Shown here piece by piece: positions 11,601-19,250 of a DNA stretch of 64,000 nucleotides (position 1 is the stretch's first letter; every line of letters begins with the position of its first letter). The translations under genes were made by a program, and so were the position numbers. This stretch comes from a virus. The stretch lies in the IMG/VR virus record IMGVR_UViG_3300027541_000132; one strand, written 5' to 3'. Under the pieces are notes generated by a model, which saw only the letters and a list, made by a program, of their open reading frames with translations, was not told the DNA's origin and did not search any database.

Positions 11601-11942
11601 GCTACTTCTTGATACACTAACAATATCAAAGGTTTCTTGCTCGGAATAATCAAACTGGATAGTACCGTTAGGACTGAAAAAGTCTTTGAATACTAAACTA
11701 GTACCAATAGAATTAACTACTGGAATCTTATTACCTTGTCCTACTAATGTATCAGGAGTATCGCTAAGGTCAGTGAACTTTAAAAATCCGCCTTGACCGA
11801 AAACAGCATATAACTCTTGGAAGTTTTCATTCGTTTTTCTAAACGCTTCACGGATACTATCACCAGTTCCGTCATTACCTGATACGCCGATGTCGACTAT
11901 TTTACGTGCCATTGAATACTCCAAAAAAGACTTTGTATCCAA
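2634..11942 (-). CDS. Giant virion fibre or adhesin-like structural protein (3102 aa) with internal tandem repeats
   Basis: Single uninterrupted 9.3-kb ORF. The N-terminal 'GVSGNDGTGDSIREAFRKTNENFQELY' motif is shared with other fibre proteins. Six or more ~150-aa repeats carry 'N.EFIKAEVI.YI...Y....C.RD.GYI.DA...DL.YGGN'. The C-terminal portion is Thr/Ser/Gly-rich. Confidence 0.85.
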   Translation of the reverse strand: MDTKSFLEYSMARKIVDIGVSGNDGTGDSIREAFRKTNENFQELYAVFGQGGFLKFTDLSDTPDTLVGQGNKIPVVNSIGTSLVFKDFFSPNGTIQFDYSEQETFDIVSVSRSSNVATITLSANHNLDPGQRVTIASTDNTSFNTTSALLLTGTVDNVLVYTNAGTNLSTSAATGTITSYGSVKIDTLSSKLQDDPLPKLQYALDARNQLIGGLRSPINQTDFQTAVNSFNTQHETLYSIDSFAINKGYADSKYVNITGDTMTGHLNVPANATGNQAPRAAEVVLKTGGDMTGVLNLADHPGGLAGAGTPNGEDDLQAATKYYVDNSSYSSRFNLYVTTGGDDTQARTPRGKEGRDRSYAYASINKACQKAEQLVNDAPWETGPYRQLIAYGGGEAFSEVTRIESGASGTTRVYFTNNGGSRVDQGQLPKPDIVSGKIVVGRTSGAQGFIYQYYGSDGSSSIGEDYFDLQDVIGDFVPGENLEFDQAVKNIQISIVVESGIYFEDYPIRVPPNVAIVGDELRRCIVRPADRPSRSPWVDVWFRRDKTFDGLTLTSTEYGYHYLTDPSDILSEPKNNRDLDVFLCNDAVIIRQITCQGHGGFMMVLDPEGEILTKSAYIQQSGSFAGSLNKQRFAGGQYVDGFAGNVPLKIQEKISDTEFLVTGSERAPTTPCSFVIDGRTFKVEAYTDDGNGYGNARKLIRRNIDFIKAEVIGYINTELSPPFTFNETKCARDVGLIVDALGYDLALGTNFNAVRAGQSYYRGTQYSILPDQKDEYLDALIYTRTLISDVLAGNSVARLRAEASFDEITDIIANGIISSDTITWSDPSGAPTSRVNAKNLILDNIEFIKEEIIAWIAEEYPDFVYDEDKCRRDAAYILNSIVYDLLYEGNSATVEAGYQYYDGNGSLQIPGQTLQTTEALAYASGVAQLVVTNTPVPFPKQSAVTQVFDLVNPGSATESARVGVLMGYINTIILSGREAAPTIEYPTFYSVSGSLTDSRTLLLNNKESIKSDTLVYLQQRYSYNQDTCARDTGYICDAIAHDIYYSGNLKTVQAALAYFNASASSKIVIDQQLANTLAAINYIETLILNVINNEDPTVRYQQSVLQYIDTDITDGGLAEATIQDLFDEFIGILENPPSARGARALLVDNKDFIKAEVINYINNKYVGFTYDSATCQRDVGYVIDAIGYDLMFGGNFQTITAARSYYRASAAVAVGVQKAATIDAFTFLRDEILSVVSASATAVTSVTTNMNMFLDVITNGLTQEPAIVTPDPTGYDVNYNRARTLIESNREFIKAEVIQYISNNYVGLSYDPAVCLRDTEYILDALYHDLTYGGNIQTLIAGKAYYSYTTLQVAAPEKPATLAAYGYLQSLVEDIALDLPITALQGGVAQVRGTPGNSSASATAGQRIGEILTIIDLGLGSVPSTITPSTAWVSAGLTGANSALQSAKSTLQTAVTNYIDANYTNTLVYNEEICSRDVGFIVAAVSADLLYGGTYLTIRAAQRYYVGTASSRVVLENQLSQTLDSFAYAKEVAQAVLNQVPPTLNYQVINDVAVENRVSQVFSSDYDGSAFVTRAGQLFDLLNEVITDPEVDVSTVLTGAKPIVYPTYRLVLSTTTPVTNDLEYTISTFTSKADSGVGDGSYDVVFSIVTPVGTTAPRTKTRYRVFGNSNSNYNNDAVECVASTLTSMTLRYPSDPGAFGTGTTTIEYVKDFMLLSAGNTSMCSNDFTQINDLGYGLVATNIGLIETVSVFSYYCWTAYYANNGGQIRSLNGSNAHGEYGIISEGSDPLEVPDKCNLSDNMMQVARVYKQGIYSTDNDVGDLQVFFYQHDYSPYNVSEVEINHGAGVVTELDATSLIGGSGYTNGTYINVPLTGGTGSGITANIVVSGGVVTTVGLVAAGIRYSEGDILSCSNTNVGGTGSGFFITVKTIIGNGIARYEVAGVTDVSSTLAQSVSGTPLKTGPTGGKYYVTYSFTAEPYTPRIGVPYTVSGSTTSGFNGVYTATASTTSSVTLEYSTNPGTWAGGLASLWGLGNVLRLNINTGGNNDTATNGLAVALSHDQPIIIRSNQNFKFYEVDDTNPVRPSTALTFVGDPDAGAIVYRVLAYGNKGPLNEDLAVDESILGFDTTYDYVKLLVNAENVSNADPDNVGQTMGSTAGDTKIAIDRVNETDIESRLNTGDMITAWDGKIHKILSYTDMGLLAGYAYVEIEDVADKCLAGTSASGINTPVDPDFNLDISEPPTLRAGLSSTEPAEVIVRISTCRVTGHDFLDIGTGGYNDTNFPSKIYGAPKEPNQAREVTERTRGRCFYVTTDQDGIFRVGRFFTVDQGTGRVTFAASIALSNLDGLGFKRGVTVSEFSNDDRFTDGANDALPTEAATQGYIDRRLGMDRTNNVLDPTALIGPGYMDRAGLLTFTGPDPMDMGGFVIANLGSPTADTDAANKLYVRNQELSDDRVDTSTSPARSLNDLLVYNGVKWINAETVSTGDIQTSLTPGTKNLALNIKSNVIINADVNSSAAIAQSKLDMNKATTRANATSIAQADLGLASFKSTEFTATNGWIELQTSSSTTTGVLQTKLQYIANDTYLGNNTGSATYPRQVTSGQIVTNGDGIKNASFAPGSVGSNGRAMILTAIGPNAYSTTNISTSAQASSLIQSDGSGRVAVAQLDLTSSSYKTLSVSGTTLTMTTPGAVDFLTAVGTTSAGTTITTVGTLSANAITSASTTTFSPANANVTLSPSGTGTVTIAPASVGSINNVNIGATTRGNGYFKLLSANDTVTLTANQAVTGAANGTGTLQVTGGAGISGDLRVGGTIYGAVTGTLAGTLGLSTYLSFTAGSSYDGSTTRTIQTNATSAATGSTLVARDVNGDFNGRYINSSYFNSSDDVSGGTITYIMAKFGDNYYRSATAAKVASFISGQSMNIAGNASTVTINYNNDSNSTYQMLWGSGNSVYGTGGIYCNPFTDTLYATLFNGTATSARYADLAEKYLSDAEYETGTVVVFGGDEEITVTDKHNDTRVAGVISEKPAHLMNSDLAGKHPLAVGLTGRLPCKVLGKVKKGDILVTAAKKGYAIVNNTPSVGTIIGKSLENKDDLGEGLVEIVVGRF

Positions 11943-11982
11943 TATTTAGCAGATAATTTTATAACCTTAATGTAAATAACTG

Positions 11983-12270
11983 ATGTTCATACGTATAGAT
12001 ACAGAAAAAAGTCAGCATACACGAACTAGTAAACTTGGTCGTGAGCATACTTATGAACGTAAAAAAACTATTGTAGTCCTGCGCTGTGATAACTGCGGTG
12101 AAACATTTACTAGGACTAAAGGATCAATGGATCCTAATAGGTTAAACAATAATTTCTTTCACTGTTGCCCTAGTTGCGATCCTAAGAGATTTGCACAGAA
12201 AAAAGGTGCAGAACGCAAAATCATATGGGATAAGACTGTTTCGAGCCTGGATGATATTAGTAAACTATAA
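11983..12270 (+). CDS. Zinc-ribbon protein (95 aa)
   Basis: Plus-strand ORF with CDNCG...CCPSCD (CxxC...CxxC) motifs, divergent from the giant fibre gene. Confidence 0.5.
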   Translation: MFIRIDTEKSQHTRTSKLGREHTYERKKTIVVLRCDNCGETFTRTKGSMDPNRLNNNFFHCCPSCDPKRFAQKKGAERKIIWDKTVSSLDDISKL

Positions 12271-12272
12271 AT
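12265..12272 (+). promoter_or_regulatory. T4-type late promoter box TATAAATA
   Basis: Exact TATAAATA about 24 nt upstream of the ATG at 12296. Confidence 0.55.
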
Positions 12273-12295
12273 ATTTGCTCATGGAGGACACTAGA

Positions 12296-12514
12296 ATGTT
12301 GTCATTATTAAAAAAACTATTTGGCGGTAAGTCTCAAGAAACCGTAGCAGAAGCACCATACAAGGTTGAAGCACCTAAAGTGGAAGAAACTAAAGTAGAA
12401 GCACCTGCTCCAGTTGCTGAGGCACCTAAAGCAGAAGCACCTAAGAAAAAGGCCGCTGGCCGTAAACCAGCAGCCGCAAAAAAGGCTCCTGCTAAGAAAG
12501 CCCCTAAGAAGTAA
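12296..12514 (+). CDS. Histone H1-like Lys/Ala/Pro-rich basic protein (72 aa)
   Basis: ATG preceded by GGAGGA RBS and a TATAAATA box. The product 'EAPKVEETKVEAPAPVAEAPKAEAPKKKAAGRKPAAAKKAPAKKAPKK' is AKP-repeat-like. Confidence 0.6.
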   Translation: MLSLLKKLFGGKSQETVAEAPYKVEAPKVEETKVEAPAPVAEAPKAEAPKKKAAGRKPAAAKKAPAKKAPKK

Positions 12515-13631
12515 TCGCTTGTTTGTGTAGTGCAAACGAGGCTAGATTTTTAGCCTTGCTTTCGCACATAATATCAAACTGATCCCAAAAACTCAGTGCC
12601 CATTCGTTCACTGCTGTGTTCCAGTAGAAGTTCGAATGTGCTCTGAGTTTTGCTTTTTTGTGTCCACTTTCCATTAGTGAAAGTAGGGAGGGAGCGGAGT
12701 CTGTGGCATGGCCATTAAGATGCTCTTCCCGTGAAACACTATAATGTATGACAGGGCGCACACCACGCCAACTATCGATAATCCTTTTAACACGGTCGTC
12801 AGTTGCTTCAATATATTCTCCAGTATTAATCCAATGATGGTGTATGTCTAGCACCAAAGCGAGATCTTTGGCAAGTTCGAGGCTTGAGTCGATTCCCCAG
12901 GTGATTTCGTCATTTTCGATGGTGATGCAGTTTCTTGCTTCGGGGGAAAGTCTCGGGAGGGCACTTTTAATACCGGCTGGACCGGCTCTACCGGCGATGT
13001 GGACGTTGATCTTAAAGTCCTGAAATCTTTTACCATACCCCATCCATCTCGCCATATCCGCATGATACTCAAACTCCTCTATAGAACGCTGAACAATATC
13101 AGGATTGTCGCTTGCCAACACAGTAAATTGACCAGGATGAAAACTGAGACGAACGTTGCGGGAACGAGCAATATCTCCCACTTCTGCAAAATGTTTTTGG
13201 GCGTATGTCTGCACATCATTTTCACGCCAAAACCAGCACCAAGTAGGCTCAGTGTAGACAGGAAGAATATCACTGCTAAGGCGTACCATACGTAAGTCAT
13301 CATCTAATTGCCCTACCCTTTCTACTAATAATTTAGTTGAGTTGATATTTTGTTCAAGCAAAGACCACAATTTTTCAACAGCCACATCTTTGGTTTGACG
13401 GTTAAGCCAAGCCACAGTTGTTGCTCCTGTATTGTATTTCTTACATTCATCTTTGGGTTTAATACCGTCTACTTGATCTGGACGGTCGATCCATTTACAG
13501 GCAAAGCCAATACGTTTGTTCACAAAACTCTCGATAAAGTTACGATAATATATTATAGCATCGTTACTGCCAGTTGTCAACAATGATTTGGTCCTGGACA
13601 TCTTCGGGATTTGGTGTTCCGTGGAACGCAA
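12504..13631 (-). CDS. uvdE: UV DNA damage endonuclease (UvdE/UvsE family)
   Basis: Blocks 'VRLSFHPGQFTVLASDNP', 'INVHIAGRAG', 'TIENDE', 'VLDIHHHW' and 'DIMCESKAKNLASF' match UVDE TIM-barrel motifs. The start may be the internal Met at residue 11. Confidence 0.8.
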   Translation of the reverse strand: MRSTEHQIPKMSRTKSLLTTGSNDAIIYYRNFIESFVNKRIGFACKWIDRPDQVDGIKPKDECKKYNTGATTVAWLNRQTKDVAVEKLWSLLEQNINSTKLLVERVGQLDDDLRMVRLSSDILPVYTEPTWCWFWRENDVQTYAQKHFAEVGDIARSRNVRLSFHPGQFTVLASDNPDIVQRSIEEFEYHADMARWMGYGKRFQDFKINVHIAGRAGPAGIKSALPRLSPEARNCITIENDEITWGIDSSLELAKDLALVLDIHHHWINTGEYIEATDDRVKRIIDSWRGVRPVIHYSVSREEHLNGHATDSAPSLLSLMESGHKKAKLRAHSNFYWNTAVNEWALSFWDQFDIMCESKAKNLASFALHKQAITS

Positions 13632-14259
13632 TTACGCTACAATCCGGGTTCATAGACGGGCTACGCACCGTCTTAAACACGTTTTTACCCTGAACCCTAA
13701 TCAACTCTTCCCGCTGTCTTATTTCCCACTTGTAGCTCTGTATCCAAGTTTCAGGGAAAAATTTTATAATACTTTTGTGTGACTGCCAAATCCAATCTTG
13801 ATCACCTGGGAACTTTTTGGTTAACGCTGGATTGTTTTCCAAATCGTCCCAAATATTGCTGAAATGGTTACTGGGCCAACGCAGTACAGCACTACCTAAT
13901 TTTGGTGGCACACGTCTAAACACTCTGCCTACATCTTCCAAACCAACAAAATTTCCAGGCAGGTACGAAACCAATTTGTCTATATTACCTACAATAACCA
14001 TATCCAAATCAAAGAACAAATTTACATCACCGTCTGGAAAATGTCCTTGTTTAAAGATATATGGTTTCCACCACCAACCAGAAAACAGTCCTTTGGGCAA
14101 GGGTTTAATTTTAATTGCAGGATTTAAGTTTGTAGGATCTTCAGTAAAGCAATAAAAATCAAAAGGCACAGTTAAGTGCCTTGAGACCATATTGTAAAGT
14201 TTGTTTACATATTCCGGACCGTACTTTGTACCGTGTTTTAAACTAATGACGTTTAGCAT
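13564..14259 (-). CDS. Hypothetical protein (231 aa), possible DxD glycosyltransferase-like
   Basis: ORF-track entry with 'FFDLDMVIVGNIDKL' (DxD-like). No firm homology recognised. Confidence 0.45.
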   Translation of the reverse strand: MLNVISLKHGTKYGPEYVNKLYNMVSRHLTVPFDFYCFTEDPTNLNPAIKIKPLPKGLFSGWWWKPYIFKQGHFPDGDVNLFFDLDMVIVGNIDKLVSYLPGNFVGLEDVGRVFRRVPPKLGSAVLRWPSNHFSNIWDDLENNPALTKKFPGDQDWIWQSHKSIIKFFPETWIQSYKWEIRQREELIRVQGKNVFKTVRSPSMNPDCSVIAFHGTPNPEDVQDQIIVDNWQ

Positions 14260-14409
14260 TACCAGTGCCTTATTACACCCGCTACAATGAATATGTTAGT
14301 TATTATATAAGTCAATACAATAACAGTTCGAATCAATGCAATCCTGTCCGCTTCTTGTTTGGTAACACCGGCTTTCTCTCCTAGTGCCTTGGCCCATAGT
14401 CTCCAAAAC

Positions 14410-14967
14410 TTACGTACCATCTTTATAAAAAACACTACGACTCTTAGGAGTTTCCCACCATTCGATGCTGTGAACTTTGACGCCTAATTTTTTCATTTTG
14501 ACATCAACTAATTCTGCCATCCAACTACTTAGGTGTTCCGATGTTGGAACAAAGTCTACTACCATAAATCCTTCGTAGTATTCTTGTTCAGGACCAGACA
14601 TATTAGCATAATAGATTGGATGAATATGCCAACCTGCAACGTATTCGGTTTCTGGAACATACACTGGAATTAGCTCGACTTTTTCTCCCAGCATCTTAGT
14701 AAACAGCGGATCGTTTTTATCAATAATAAATTGATGATCAATATAAGTGTTGATCCATTTCTTTAGCCATTCTAAATGTCTAAAGTCAGTGACCATTCCA
14801 GTTTTATCTAATCCGTCGCCTGTTAAATGAACCTGCATTTTACCTTCGTGTCCATGTAAATGTCTGCAAGCACATTTCAAGTCTGCCGCATATTCGCCGT
14901 TTAGTGTTTGTGTATGAACACGATGTCCATAACAAAATTCAAATGTTTTATCAATGATCCAAGTCAT
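14410..14967 (-). CDS. queD: 6-pyruvoyl-tetrahydropterin synthase / QueD-like
   Basis: 'CYGHRVH...CACRHLHGHEGKM' matches the PTPS/QueD Cx5HGH zinc-binding signature. Confidence 0.65.
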   Translation of the reverse strand: MTWIIDKTFEFCYGHRVHTQTLNGEYAADLKCACRHLHGHEGKMQVHLTGDGLDKTGMVTDFRHLEWLKKWINTYIDHQFIIDKNDPLFTKMLGEKVELIPVYVPETEYVAGWHIHPIYYANMSGPEQEYYEGFMVVDFVPTSEHLSSWMAELVDVKMKKLGVKVHSIEWWETPKSRSVFYKDGT

Positions 14968-15057
14968 CTCTTGCCCTTTTTAAGTTAAGTTTGATGACAC
15001 GCAGAGTATTTAAAGAGGGGTGAGCGTCTAGTCCTCTATTGATACAGTATATAGGTA

Positions 15058-15696
15058 TTACATTATACTGTCAATAGTTTTGAATTTAACATTTGCCAAA
15101 AGCCAACTACTGGGCATCTGCCATTCTGTATTGTTAAAAACTACAAAGTACTTATCGGGGAAACATTCAAACACGCGAGCAATCTGGTATATCCAATACC
15201 TTGGATCCACTGCGGGTTTAGTAGCATCTGCATAGTTAGCAGTATCTTTGTAAATGTTATTGACAAACTGTGTTGGGCTGTGTAGATCAAAACCAAATAA
15301 GTTTACATGGTCGTCTAGCATAGCGGCTAACAAAACAGCATACGGACCACTGCCCCATTGAAAAGGCTCGTCAGGTCTAGTAGTGCCCTGGTAAGGCAAG
15401 TCTGGTAATATTTTTACAGGATTGTTTTTGTAGAAGTGTGCCCAATCTTTTCTAGTATAGATTGTGCCAGCAAAGTGGCTATCCAGTGCTTCTTGTACCA
15501 TACGTCTGTCTACACAGACTAAATGGTCGACTGAGTAGTCTCTATGTATGGCGTTACAGCCAACTTTAGTTTCTGTAAGTGAATTTAAATCTAAATGTTT
15601 TCTGGATTCGCCGTTGCCAAATACAGATATCATCTTCCGCCAATATAACCGAACGGCTCCCAAGTACCAGGAGTACCGCTCATTACGCAGATCCAT
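15058..15696 (-). CDS. Hypothetical protein (212 aa)
   Basis: ORF-track entry with no recognised motif. Confidence 0.45.
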   Translation of the reverse strand: MDLRNERYSWYLGAVRLYWRKMISVFGNGESRKHLDLNSLTETKVGCNAIHRDYSVDHLVCVDRRMVQEALDSHFAGTIYTRKDWAHFYKNNPVKILPDLPYQGTTRPDEPFQWGSGPYAVLLAAMLDDHVNLFGFDLHSPTQFVNNIYKDTANYADATKPAVDPRYWIYQIARVFECFPDKYFVVFNNTEWQMPSSWLLANVKFKTIDSIM

Positions 15697-17243
15697 CCAA
15701 CGTAACTAGTTCTTACTGGACTGCTATTCCAAATGATATCGCCTTTGTTCCAGGCTTTTTCTGTAGGAGCACCTACGCCGTGTGCAAAGCGTTTACCATT
15801 GATAACCATCATTCCGTCTACGCTGAATGCCGCATCTTCTTGTGGGTTGGTAATGTTTACACTTAGTTGTCCATAGATGTTTACATTTCTAGTTGTATTA
15901 TTTTTGTCACCGATACGGATACTGCCAGCGTTATCTACTTCAAAGTCTTCGCCAATGCCAAACTTATCTGCTGTAATACCACTGCTGGATAATCTTAATG
16001 TGCCCGAGCCGTCTTTGATTGTTACAGAATTGTTAATTGTAACTACGCTGTCTTGTACAGTAATGCTGTCTGACAAGTTTACTGTTCCAGCAACATCTAA
16101 TGATGTCAGTGTGCCTAAACGAGTAAGACTAGAGTTAACAACGCTAACTCCTAGGTCAGTTCTGTTTAATACACTCTTACCGTCGATCCAGAATTCTTTG
16201 TTAATTGCTAATTCAAGACTTTCTGAAGAATAGATTCTGTCAGGGTTTGGAAGCATAATAAACTGACGTGTACCACCTTCGCCCTTCCATTGCATACCCT
16301 TGCCAAAAATACTGTTATCCTTACTGGCTATAAATTCTATTGGACTAGTTTTTTCGATTCTGATGTCAGATACAATGCTGTCTACTTCTAATCTGCCGTG
16401 AACTTTGACTATTGCGCCTTTGCTCTTAGCATTGCCAAACTCTGTAGTGTTTCCTGATACTGTAATACGTCTTGTGTTATCGGTAACAATACTGAAACTG
16501 TTACTGCCCCAAGTACCTACAAAACCCACTGAGTCTTGATCCGCACCTAAAATTACTTCTACATTATTGTCAACGGCACTGATAACTGCGTTTGGTTCTT
16601 CTGTATTGACACCTAGTCTTCCTAGGGCATTAACAAAAACTGTGTCACCTAGGTTTGTTTCGCCTGTAACACGTAGTTCTTCTAAAGGACCCACTGTGCG
16701 TAGGTTACTGTCACGTACTGAATTACCTAATCTTGTGCGCTCTAAAACATCTGTGCCTTCAATTTGATACTTAGAACCTTTGTATAAATCAATAGATTCT
16801 GTGCTGAAAATTCTTTTTGGGTTTGCTTTAAAAACAAACTGATAACTTACATCTGGGCTGTCCCATTGCAAGCCTTTACCATCTAAATCGCTGAGTTGTC
16901 TGCTGGCAAAAGAAATGGATTTTGTAAATGATTCTAGGCTTTGTTCTGAAATAACATTCTTAACTAACAGCGTATCTGCTTCTAATTTGCCGTTAACTTT
17001 TAAGTTAGCAAATTCGCTAGTACCTGCGGCAACAATTTTTCCAGCGCCAAGAACGCCTTCTACGTGAATGTTTCCGCTAATTCTGTCAGCACTTAATACG
17101 CCAACCTGTACACCTTTATCTGTAACAATCATCTGCTCACGTGTAGCAGTATCAGAAATGCCCTTAGATAGTGTGCCACCGTTAGCGGCTGATTTTAGTG
17201 CGTCACCTAAATCTTGAAGAATTTTGTCGATGTTTGAGCTCAT
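15630..17243 (-). CDS. Tail-fibre protein (538 aa)
   Basis: The ORF-track frame has a Cys-rich, non-protein-like N-terminus. The plausible start is the internal ATG giving 'MSSNIDKILQDLGDALKSAANGG', preceded by a TATAAATA box. The product is β-rich fibre-like with C-terminus 'GTPGTWEPFGYIGGR'. Confidence 0.7.
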   Translation of the reverse strand: MSSNIDKILQDLGDALKSAANGGTLSKGISDTATREQMIVTDKGVQVGVLSADRISGNIHVEGVLGAGKIVAAGTSEFANLKVNGKLEADTLLVKNVISEQSLESFTKSISFASRQLSDLDGKGLQWDSPDVSYQFVFKANPKRIFSTESIDLYKGSKYQIEGTDVLERTRLGNSVRDSNLRTVGPLEELRVTGETNLGDTVFVNALGRLGVNTEEPNAVISAVDNNVEVILGADQDSVGFVGTWGSNSFSIVTDNTRRITVSGNTTEFGNAKSKGAIVKVHGRLEVDSIVSDIRIEKTSPIEFIASKDNSIFGKGMQWKGEGGTRQFIMLPNPDRIYSSESLELAINKEFWIDGKSVLNRTDLGVSVVNSSLTRLGTLTSLDVAGTVNLSDSITVQDSVVTINNSVTIKDGSGTLRLSSSGITADKFGIGEDFEVDNAGSIRIGDKNNTTRNVNIYGQLSVNITNPQEDAAFSVDGMMVINGKRFAHGVGAPTEKAWNKGDIIWNSSPVRTSYVGWICVMSGTPGTWEPFGYIGGR

Positions 17244-17250
17244 AGTGTAG

Positions 17251-17258
17251 TATTTATA
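17251..17258 (-). promoter_or_regulatory. T4-type late promoter box (TATAAATA on minus strand)
   Basis: Plus-strand 'tatttata' is the reverse complement of TATAAATA, just upstream of the fibre gene start at 17243. Confidence 0.5.
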
Positions 17259-17306
17259 TAGAATCCAACATAGCATAAATATTGGTAACACAGGAATATA
17301 CCTAAA

Positions 17307-19241
17307 ATGCCAGCAGCCTTTTACGATTTTTTTAGAAAAATAAGATTTAGACCCAGCGAAAGCGTTACAACTATCCCCAACGCAATTACTGTAGATACTG
17401 AAATTGAAGCAGACAGCGTCACGGATACTGCTACCATTGTTGCTGGGCAGAATATTGCATTTAGCATTGAGGATAGTTCCACAGCAACGCCTGGACAGAC
17501 AACTGATACCATTACAATTCATGGTCCAGATTATCAAACTTATGTACCGTTAGGCACAACAAAGTTACGTTTAGAGCGCGACCTAGGCGCAGAGACTAGC
17601 GATATCGAATTATATCCAGATCCACTAAGTCCAATTCTTATTACTAGAACTGGCGCAAATCAGATTACAATTGGTTCTAACAGTCCTAGTTTACCATTTA
17701 GCCAAGAACAAATTGAAGATTTATCTGCTTCACTTTTGACTAACGGAACACATACAGAGTTAACAGTTACCTATCAGGATTCCGTTACTTTGCCATCGAC
17801 ATTTGCTCAAAATGCAACTAGCGGCTCGGGCATTAATGCTGTATTCAATATTTCAATTATTAACAATACCTATGTGGCCAGCGTTAGCAATGGTGGTACT
17901 GGTTTTGCCGCAGGTAATACCGTAACAGTCTATGGAACTAATTTCCCAGGCGGATTGAATCCGGCCAACAATGTAACAATTACTGTAGGCTCTGTTGATG
18001 GTAGCGGAACAATTTTAACTATTACTTCTGCAACAGGAACTCCAATAGCATCAGATAACATAGATTTGGCTGTTACATCTACACTACAAAATGTTACAAG
18101 CCGCGGTGCAACAACTACATCAGCAATTACGATTAGTAATGCTACAGGCAGTAGTAATACATCTACTGGCGCATTAAAATTAACCGCCGGCGGCCTTGCT
18201 GTATTTGAAAATGCTAACATTGGTGGGTATGTAAAAGCAACAACATTTGAAAGTACTCAGACAACTGGTACTGCTCCATTTACTGTGGCTAGCACTACCG
18301 CTGTGGCAAATTTACAAGCCGCCACTGCAAGTAAATGGCATACTGCTCGTACAGTTACATTCACAGGCGATGTAACAGGTTCATTCAGCATCGATGGATC
18401 GGCAGATGTTACTAGCGTAGCATTAACAGTTGGCAGTGATACAGTTGCACTTGGTACAGATACTACAGGTAACTATGTTGCTACAGCCGGAGTAAGCGGT
18501 AACGGTCTATCAGGAAGTTCGAGTTCAGAAGGTGGAACATTTACAGTTAGTTCAAATGCTACTGCAAACAACACAGCATCAACTATTGTATTCCGTGATA
18601 CTAACGGCGACTTTAGTGCAGGCACAATTACAGCCACAGCGTTTACAGGACCAGCAAGTCAGGTAGCATTAACAGCAACATCGACTAATGCCGCACACTA
18701 TCTAACATTTGTCGATACAACCACAGGTAACGAAAATATTAGAACTGATGTAGACTTAGCCTACAATCCTAGCACAAATGTTCTTACAGCAGGGACATTC
18801 AGTGGTATTATCAGTGGTAGTACAGTCAGTGCAAGTAGTACACTTAGCATTGGCACTAGCACAATTGAAACGGTTTCAGTTAACCCAGCGGCACTTACTG
18901 GCGCAACAACATTAGATTGCAAAACAAATAGTGTGTTTTACTATTCCTCTAATGCAGCCGCAAACTGGACACTGAACTTCCGTGGTGACGGAAGTACAAC
19001 AATGAATACATTCTTAACCACAGGACAGAGTGTAACAGTAGTATTGCTAGCCACACAAGGCGGCACAGCATACTATCCAACAGCGTTTACTGTCGATGGA
19101 TCTGCCGTTACTCCTAAATGGTTAGGCGGTGCCGCACCGACAGGCGGTAATGCTAGTAGCATTGACTCATATTCATTTACAATTATTAAAACAGCCGCAA
19201 GTACATATACAATTATTGCTAGTCAGGCTAGATTTGCTTAA
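17307..19241 (+). CDS. Structural or fibre protein (644 aa), Thr/Ser/Gly-rich
   Basis: Plus-strand ORF divergent from the fibre gene, fibre-like in composition. 'cATAAATAtt' lies upstream. Confidence 0.65.
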   Translation: MPAAFYDFFRKIRFRPSESVTTIPNAITVDTEIEADSVTDTATIVAGQNIAFSIEDSSTATPGQTTDTITIHGPDYQTYVPLGTTKLRLERDLGAETSDIELYPDPLSPILITRTGANQITIGSNSPSLPFSQEQIEDLSASLLTNGTHTELTVTYQDSVTLPSTFAQNATSGSGINAVFNISIINNTYVASVSNGGTGFAAGNTVTVYGTNFPGGLNPANNVTITVGSVDGSGTILTITSATGTPIASDNIDLAVTSTLQNVTSRGATTTSAITISNATGSSNTSTGALKLTAGGLAVFENANIGGYVKATTFESTQTTGTAPFTVASTTAVANLQAATASKWHTARTVTFTGDVTGSFSIDGSADVTSVALTVGSDTVALGTDTTGNYVATAGVSGNGLSGSSSSEGGTFTVSSNATANNTASTIVFRDTNGDFSAGTITATAFTGPASQVALTATSTNAAHYLTFVDTTTGNENIRTDVDLAYNPSTNVLTAGTFSGIISGSTVSASSTLSIGTSTIETVSVNPAALTGATTLDCKTNSVFYYSSNAAANWTLNFRGDGSTTMNTFLTTGQSVTVVLLATQGGTAYYPTAFTVDGSAVTPKWLGGAAPTGGNASSIDSYSFTIIKTAASTYTIIASQARFA

Positions 19242-19250
19242 GGTTTAACA

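Noticed and set aside
12191-12514. 107-aa version of the histone-like ORF starting at 12191
   Set aside because: The upstream part overlaps the preceding zinc-ribbon gene in another frame. The ATG at 12296 has a GGAGGA RBS and a TATAAATA box, so the shorter form was preferred.
15630-17537. Full 635-aa ORF as listed in the track
   Set aside because: The N-terminal 98 residues are Cys-rich nonsense overlapping the divergent promoter region. The real start is the internal ATG at 17243 (MSSNIDK…).
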